From Octopus bimaculoides (Eukaryota): DNA of 43,221 nt. The notes beneath the pieces were generated by a model. It was given only the letters and a program-made list of their open reading frames with translations, made no database searches and had not been told where the DNA came from. Of this stretch, positions 36,830 to 43,221 are shown one piece after another. The stretch covers positions 31,450,284 through 31,493,504 of the forward strand of contig NC_068990.1 of the NCBI RefSeq assembly GCF_001194135.2, read 5' to 3'. The position numbers and the translations under genes were made by a program. Position 1 is the first letter of the stretch; each line of letters opens with the position of its first letter.

Positions 36830-38070
36830 ACACAAAGGAGATGTGTGAAGAAAGCTAATAACTTTAAAAAAGTAATCCCAATTAAAAAAATACTGCTTCT
36901 ACAATTTACTTTTGTATTTGGATGATCGCTACAATCATCCAGCAGTTGTCTGCCCCATCTGTTTTGATATTTTTCCTTTATAACCTTTATATCCTGATGG
37001 AATCTCTCTCTAATATTCCTAACTAAAATCACCAAGATTCTCAAGAAATTTGTCCAAGTAACTATGGAGAAGGTGTATCTTTATGAAAATATTAGCCTCC
37101 AAACTTTTAAAAGTTACCAAATATCTTTTGCACCAATTTGCTACTCTGTGGTAACACCAAAATTTTCAACAATTGAGACTTAAATAATTGCTCTGGACCA
37201 AAGCTTCAGCATTATTTACAAATTTTAAATAATTGGAATCTTAGGAGTGTCAAAGATTCTTGTTTACAGATTTGCAACGTTCAGGATAGAGAATGGTCTA
37301 AGAATCAATTTTAAGCAATCATTGTGTTTGTCCAGTGTATCAAATAGTCAAGAGAATACATTCAAGTATAGGTAAATGCTACACTTTCATATTGAGTTTA
37401 CATTTATATACCACAACAATAGAGTGGGGTTCCAAATAAATTGAAGCTCTAATTCAGACAGAGTGCAGCCAAATAAGTGCTGGTCCATATTGAAAGAAAA
37501 TGATAGTCAGCAAATGGAAGAGCCTTTCAAGTTGTTTAATAACTGAATGCAGTGATAAGGATAAGAAAAGCTTTCATGGAAGCACATTCTTGGTGTGGAT
37601 ATATCCTTGAAATCAATGCTTTCTGACAGATGAGATTGCACATCTTACTGATGAAAGATAAATTATGTTCACAAGGGCAACACACAAGTGAAGGCAAGTT
37701 ACTGATGGAATTTTGTCCACAAAAGCAACACACAAGTGATGACAAAAGATGATGGATCCAATTGAGCAGTGATATCTATATATTTATTGAAGAAAGAACT
37801 TACAGAAATTTGTATTTCAGGAGAAGCTTTGGTAATTGTAAATAAGAGTTTAATACAAATGAAAGAATAATTCTTTTCTGAGAAATTTAATTTTTACTGG
37901 AAGTGCGGTGACTACAATCATGCCAAATGTTAAAGAGAGGGCCATCCTGATATTTTCAGTAAAGAAGGGGAAAATGTGTAAGATTTGACTGAATGCTAGG
38001 TTGCCATAAAATAAAACCAATTTATTAAGTAGAATGGGGATGAAAGTGTAAAGTCACTTGAAAATGAAAG
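36830..38070 (-). mobile_element. Decayed DNA transposase including the C-terminus (probably Chapaev3-like)
   Basis: Minus fragments KIHLLHSYLDKFLENLGDFS and ERFHQDIKV...YQNRW match the recalled KxHxLHSHLDxFPxNLGxxSDExGERFHQDI motif. The extent beyond ~37150 is weakly supported. Confidence 0.78.
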
Positions 38071-39769
38071 GTGATGAATACCAGTATTAAGGTATTTGAG
38101 TTGAAATATGACCATTTGCAGCAGCACACAGAGATGGAACAAGAAAATATCTTTTTAACTTATAGAACAAAAAAAATCTTTTTAACTTTCAAATCTCTTT
38201 TAATTTGGTGTTTAACTTTACATTATAAACTGAATGAATTCCTTTCTTGTATGATATCTGATTTCTGCCATTTATAATTTTCCCTGTTCAACTATTAATT
38301 TGTATAATATTGTGATTTGAAGAATGATTTGAAGAAGGGAAATTTTGTTTAGAACATTCTATGATGCAACATTAGCAGTATTGCTTTTCTTCCTCATAAA
38401 AACATGAATAGTTTATTCAAAATGTTTCATTTTGTCAAATATATAGGAAGAAATTCTTTAAAATTTGTACATTTTTATGTTTGTTTCATTTAGTTGGCTT
38501 AAATATTGTTTTAATATTTCATTTGTAGTTTTTAACATAGAAAAGTAACTTTCTAACCACAATTCTAGATATCCATACTTCTTATGAATAAATGTGGTTA
38601 TTCATATTTTCTTCTCTGATGTTATTATATCAAAAGAAAAAAATACCCAGTAAATATAATTTGTTGTTTCCTGTATGAAGATGCAAAATAAAAGAATATC
38701 AAGTTCTATTCACTTTTAATAACTTTACAATACTTCATTTAGAAAGTATTCTTTCAGACATAATATAGATTTATAAAAACATCGCTACTAAAAGGGCTAC
38801 AAAAAAGTCCAATGATCTTAATTAAATGTAAATATTAAATTGTTGTATGTATTGAAAAAATAGTACTACAGGGGATGGTGGGCTATGAAAAAAGAAAATG
38901 GCACTACAAAATGTTTTTTTCCTTCTTTAGATACCTCAAAAGAGAAATTACATCTGTGTCAGAATGCATACAAAACACACACACAAACTTGGATGTTTGT
39001 ATGCATGCACACATATGCATGCATACACATATGCACACATATTTAGTTTTCTGTTAATGTATAAATGCACACATATAGCCTGTATACACAGATAAACTTA
39101 TTCATTTCCATGTATTTATTGATAAATATAACAAATGATGTTTTCATAGGTACTAGCAATTTAAGGCTGGCAATATTTTATTTCATGCAAGCAAAGTCAG
39201 CATTATATTCTTAAATTTTCATTTATACAGCCTTCTTTCATGAATGGTTCTATAACTGAAAACAGTTCAACATTTTAAGACAGTCTTCTTTATCATTCCT
39301 TACCATTCATTAGGTGTGAGAAACGATTAGATTGCTAATAATTAACATTATGACTAATTACAAAACTCAGATATTTACTTATTCTTAAAAACTTTCCATA
39401 AATAGAAGTTGAGACATCCTTTATATGTTATGATACCTCATGACAATAGATATATTTTTGTAAGCATATATTTAGGCACAACATTGGGAAAGTCTGATGC
39501 TTTCATCAATATTAAAGCATTGTTTAAACTTGTGTGATTTTCAACACTGCTTTAAAAGGTAGTTTATATCTTGAGGGCACTATTGAATGACATAGCACCT
39601 GTAGTCAGCTACATTCTTGGCTATAATAAAGTTACAATCATCTACTTGATTACTTCATTTGTAGTCTTTCTTTCACTTCAAGGCCACATCTTGCTTTTGT
39701 TTTTGTTTTCTTTTTCTGTTGTTGTTACTAGGGCTTTATCTCAACTGGATTTTACTTCAAATATAAATT

Positions 39770-40150
39770 ACTTTGTGATTGTTGCTGAATGCAAAGTATC
39801 TTATAATTCATTAGACTCTGCACTTAACATCAATGCCCATGTCAATAAGATCCTTGACAGCTGCTTCTTCCTCTCAGAAAAAATAGATTGTCTCAATTAC
39901 ATAGAAATATCCATACATTAATTAGCTTTAAATTGGAAATGTATAAAATGTATAATTCATTATTTTTTTGATATCACCAGATCAAACATTAATAAATTCA
40001 GAATGCTGTAACCTGTCTTATCTTCAATAAATGCAATTGTGATAGTACCAAAGATTACTACATATAACTTTACTAAATCAATATTGATCAGAGGATAATA
40101 TTTAAAACTTTACTAATGACAAAGTCTTCAAAGCATTGATCCTGTTATTT
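39770..40150 (+). mobile_element. L2/CR1-like LINE 3' coding remnant
   Basis: LDSALNINAHVNKILDSCFF, QNAVTCLIF and IDQRIIFKTLL match recalled LDxxLxxxxHVN, QNxAARLI and RIxFKxLL motifs. Confidence 0.6.
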
Positions 40151-40467
40151 CTCATCCTCTTGTATAAGACTTGTTTTTGACATATCTTCATTTTGCAGCC
40201 ACTAAATATGATAACAAAGCTTCCCTGTCCCAAGATAGTAGAATGCATTTTCTGTTGATCTCTGATCATCTAGTTCAAAGGATATATTTAAGCCAGTCAT
40301 TAATCATGATTTTATTATTACTGTTTCATGGTTCCTTGTACAAACTTCTAGCTGTATACTTATAAAACTGCTAGTATATGGAAATTTTGGGTATTGTTTA
40401 TTGGGTTTTTATCATATTAGGATAAAGCTAAAGTGATATACATACTTAAGTACATACTAACAAAATA

Positions 40468-40541
40468 ACATACATGCATACACACATACATACACACATA
40501 CATACATACATACATACATACATACATACATACATACATAC
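40468..40541. repeat. (CATA)n microsatellite
   Basis: Directly visible. Confidence 0.95.
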
Positions 40542-40589
40542 TAAAAAGATAGACCAGTTCACTTAGAAGATTGTACATGGTTACTTGGC

Positions 40590-41333
40590 GTGAAAATCTC
40601 AAAGCATAAAAGGAATTGGTCAAGTCAAAAGCCTTGCATGGAGTACCAACAAGTTTATGATATCCCACTTTGGAGGCTACCTCTGCATAATTCAAGACCA
40701 ACAGATCCCGGTCAAGTACCTACAGTATCAGAAGCAGAAAACATTGACAAACACCAAATGTAGGCTGTGCAACAATACTGAACACATCAACCACATTATT
40801 GCTAGCTGTGAGAGAATGTCTTCCAGACTTTATTTTCCCATGAGTCATGATGCTGGGGCCAGAACGGTCTGGAACAGGATAACAAAAAAGAAAACATCTA
40901 CAGATGAAGTTGACTATACTGAGATGGATGAATCAAAAGAATATTGATGAAACTTAAAGATTCAGGCAGCCATCAAGTTAAAACACAACCAGCCAGATAT
41001 TGTTGTGTGAAATCACAAGGAAAAGATATGTTCTGATGGGGTAATCAGCAGCTCTCTGAATACCAATGTGGTTAGAGAAATACAAGAGCAAGAGGACATC
41101 AATGAACCATTGATAAGGAATTTGTAAATCTTGTACCCAGGATACACTTTCAGCTTCATACATATTATTGGAGCAACAGGGTACATACCAACCCATTTGG
41201 AGCAAAGTATAACAGAACTTGGGTTCTTGGAGAGAATTCATACACTACAATTCATACACTGAATTTATACACTACATATGATCACAATACCTGGGGCTAT
41301 AAGAATCTTCAAGACTTTCTTAAGATTTAAATG
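40590..41333 (+). mobile_element. R4/Dong-like LINE C-terminus: CCHC finger plus restriction-like endonuclease, decayed
   Basis: TKCRLCNNTEHINHIIASCERMSSRLYFPMSHD (C-x2-C...H-x4-C), then KHNQPDIVV, LYPGYTF...IIGATGYIP and RIFKTFLRFK* at ~41333. Confidence 0.85.
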
Positions 41334-41469
41334 ATGATGAACAAAACAAGGTGTTTTCCTTCACAACCTTGCCACTGAGTAGTTGACCATTCAAAATTTA
41401 CTCTAAATTAAAAAGAGAAAGAGGACAGAATAAATACATACATAATGAAAAGGCACCTTGAAGAGACCT

Positions 41470-42500
41470 AATAGAGGCTGACCTACAGGAATCCATTAAT
41501 GTGCATATTCAAAAGAACTATGGAAGACCAGATTGGCATATCAAATTGGTTTACTATAATAGTATGGATGAATTTTGTAGCCAAGAATGAGACCACCATT
41601 GCTTGCCTAAATGTTATGCTCAAGGTTTACACAAGTTGTCTCAGCCAGTTCTTCCAGGAACATTGTGAGTCAAACAACATAGTGATTGATGAAGAAGCTG
41701 GTGGAAAGAATGGAGTGAGGGGATGTGTCAAACAATTTTCGATAAACAAAGCTGTGCTAACTGAAATATGCAAACACCAGAGAAACCTTGTAACAATGTA
41801 GCTTGATTATAGGAAAGCATTGGACTCTTTTCCCCACTCACAGCTGTTGAAGTCTCTGCACTTGCTACCTTAGTTGCTGCCATTGAGAGGTTCACAAAAA
41901 TTTGGGCAACAATCCTCACACAGCTAAAAGTAGAACAATGGTTTCTGGTGTTATAAATATTTTAAAAGGATCATTCCAATATTCTCTCTGTACTTTTGTT
42001 TATTTTGGCATTAAATCTGTTATCATTTTTGTTACAAAAATCAAATGGTTATACACTGGTGTCTTCAATTACTAGAGCGATCAATGTAACCCCTAATTTT
42101 TTTGTGAATGATCTGAAGATCTATGCTAAAATGCAATGTCAAAACACACCTGGAGTTAACATTTTTAGCTGACATGGGAAAGGAATTTGGCCAAAACTTG
42201 ATTCTTAAACACGGAAAATCAGTTTCCCAAACCCCAAACTTGTGCATCATTGTTCTCTCTATCTCGCCCATTCTACACAAGTGAGGAGGCTGCAGATACC
42301 TGGGCATTGATGAGAATATATCATACAAAGGTGTTGAATATAAAGATAGAGCGAACAGAGAATATTATGTCAGACTTAGAAATATGTTAGTTGGAGCTCT
42401 CCTCTTACAATAAGACAATATCTCACATGTTTGTAGTATCAGTGCTCATAGAGATACTTAACTGGTTTGCAGAGGAAATCCATTCCATAGACATTACAAT
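41470..42500 (+). mobile_element. R4/Dong-like LINE RT region, decayed
   Basis: TIACLNVMLKVYTSCL, EEAGGKNGVRGCVKQFSINK, LDYRKALDSFPH, FVNDLKIYAK and RYLGIDEN. Confidence 0.85.
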
Positions 42501-43221
42501 TATGTTATAGTCTATATTTTTATGGTTACTTAAGAATGCATGTTAATGATTAAATGATGATTAGAAGAATTTTTAATATTCTTTTTCCAAATTGAACTTA
42601 TGTAATGAGATGTAAATAAATGCACACACACTCACATACAAACACACATGTACCTATGCACAAGACATATAAGTATACATTAATTTGTGTTACTGGCAAA
42701 CTGTAACAATATCAAACAAGTGTCCTTGGGTAATAAATATTTTTGAATAAGTTACATTTCTATTGATTTATAAGTTATATAAAATGTATAATTGCAAAAT
42801 ATTGAAAGCAAAACAAAAAAAAAAAGGCTTCTATTTTAAATTATTAAAATAAAAAATTTCAAGTTTTGCAAATAAACTTTTTATTTCATGATGAGCAATG
42901 TAGAATTTTGTTAGTTCTTTATATATTGCAATAACTAGGTTAGTAATATTTTGATTAAAACAAATCTACCAAAATTAATTGAGAATTATTACCAATAGAT
43001 CCACTTTCTAAAAGGAAGCTTTTTTAAAAGACAATATAGATGAATAAAAATTTTATTTTAGAGTGTCTTTTGAAGATTTTATAGAATAAGCTTAATTCTA
43101 GAAGGCAGGGAATTATGCATTTCACAAATTTAAAGAAACTGAGTTTAAGGAAAGTAACTAAAATAGGCCAATGACATGGATATGGATAAATATATTGAAG
43201 ACTGATGGAATGACTGCTGCA

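Overview
AT-rich eukaryotic DNA, most likely from an octopus (inference: the SINE heads, RTE tails and dense TA/CA/CATA microsatellites match octopod repeat families as I recall them; no search was run). I cannot support any host protein-coding gene, rRNA, tRNA gene or CRISPR array. The window reads as intronic or intergenic DNA built from layered, mostly decayed transposons: several RTE-clade LINE fragments (one young and frame-intact), two R4/Dong-like restriction-like-endonuclease LINE loci, Penelope-like, L1/Tx1-like and L2-like remnants, two DNA-transposase remnants (probably Chapaev3-like), tRNA-derived SINEs, two adjacent MITEs, many microsatellites and three N gaps. Most ORF-track entries are artefacts of microsatellites, gaps or decayed TEs. 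The most notable structures are a 292-bp near-perfect palindrome with a partial hammerhead-ribozyme core and a 12-bp TSD, a 498-bp foldback element, an inverted pair of ~95% identical RTE tails, and a SINE-SINE-LINE nest with recoverable target-site duplications. I found no evidence of a wholly new biological system. Family names come from hand translation and recalled motifs, and TE boundaries are approximate unless a TSD is given.
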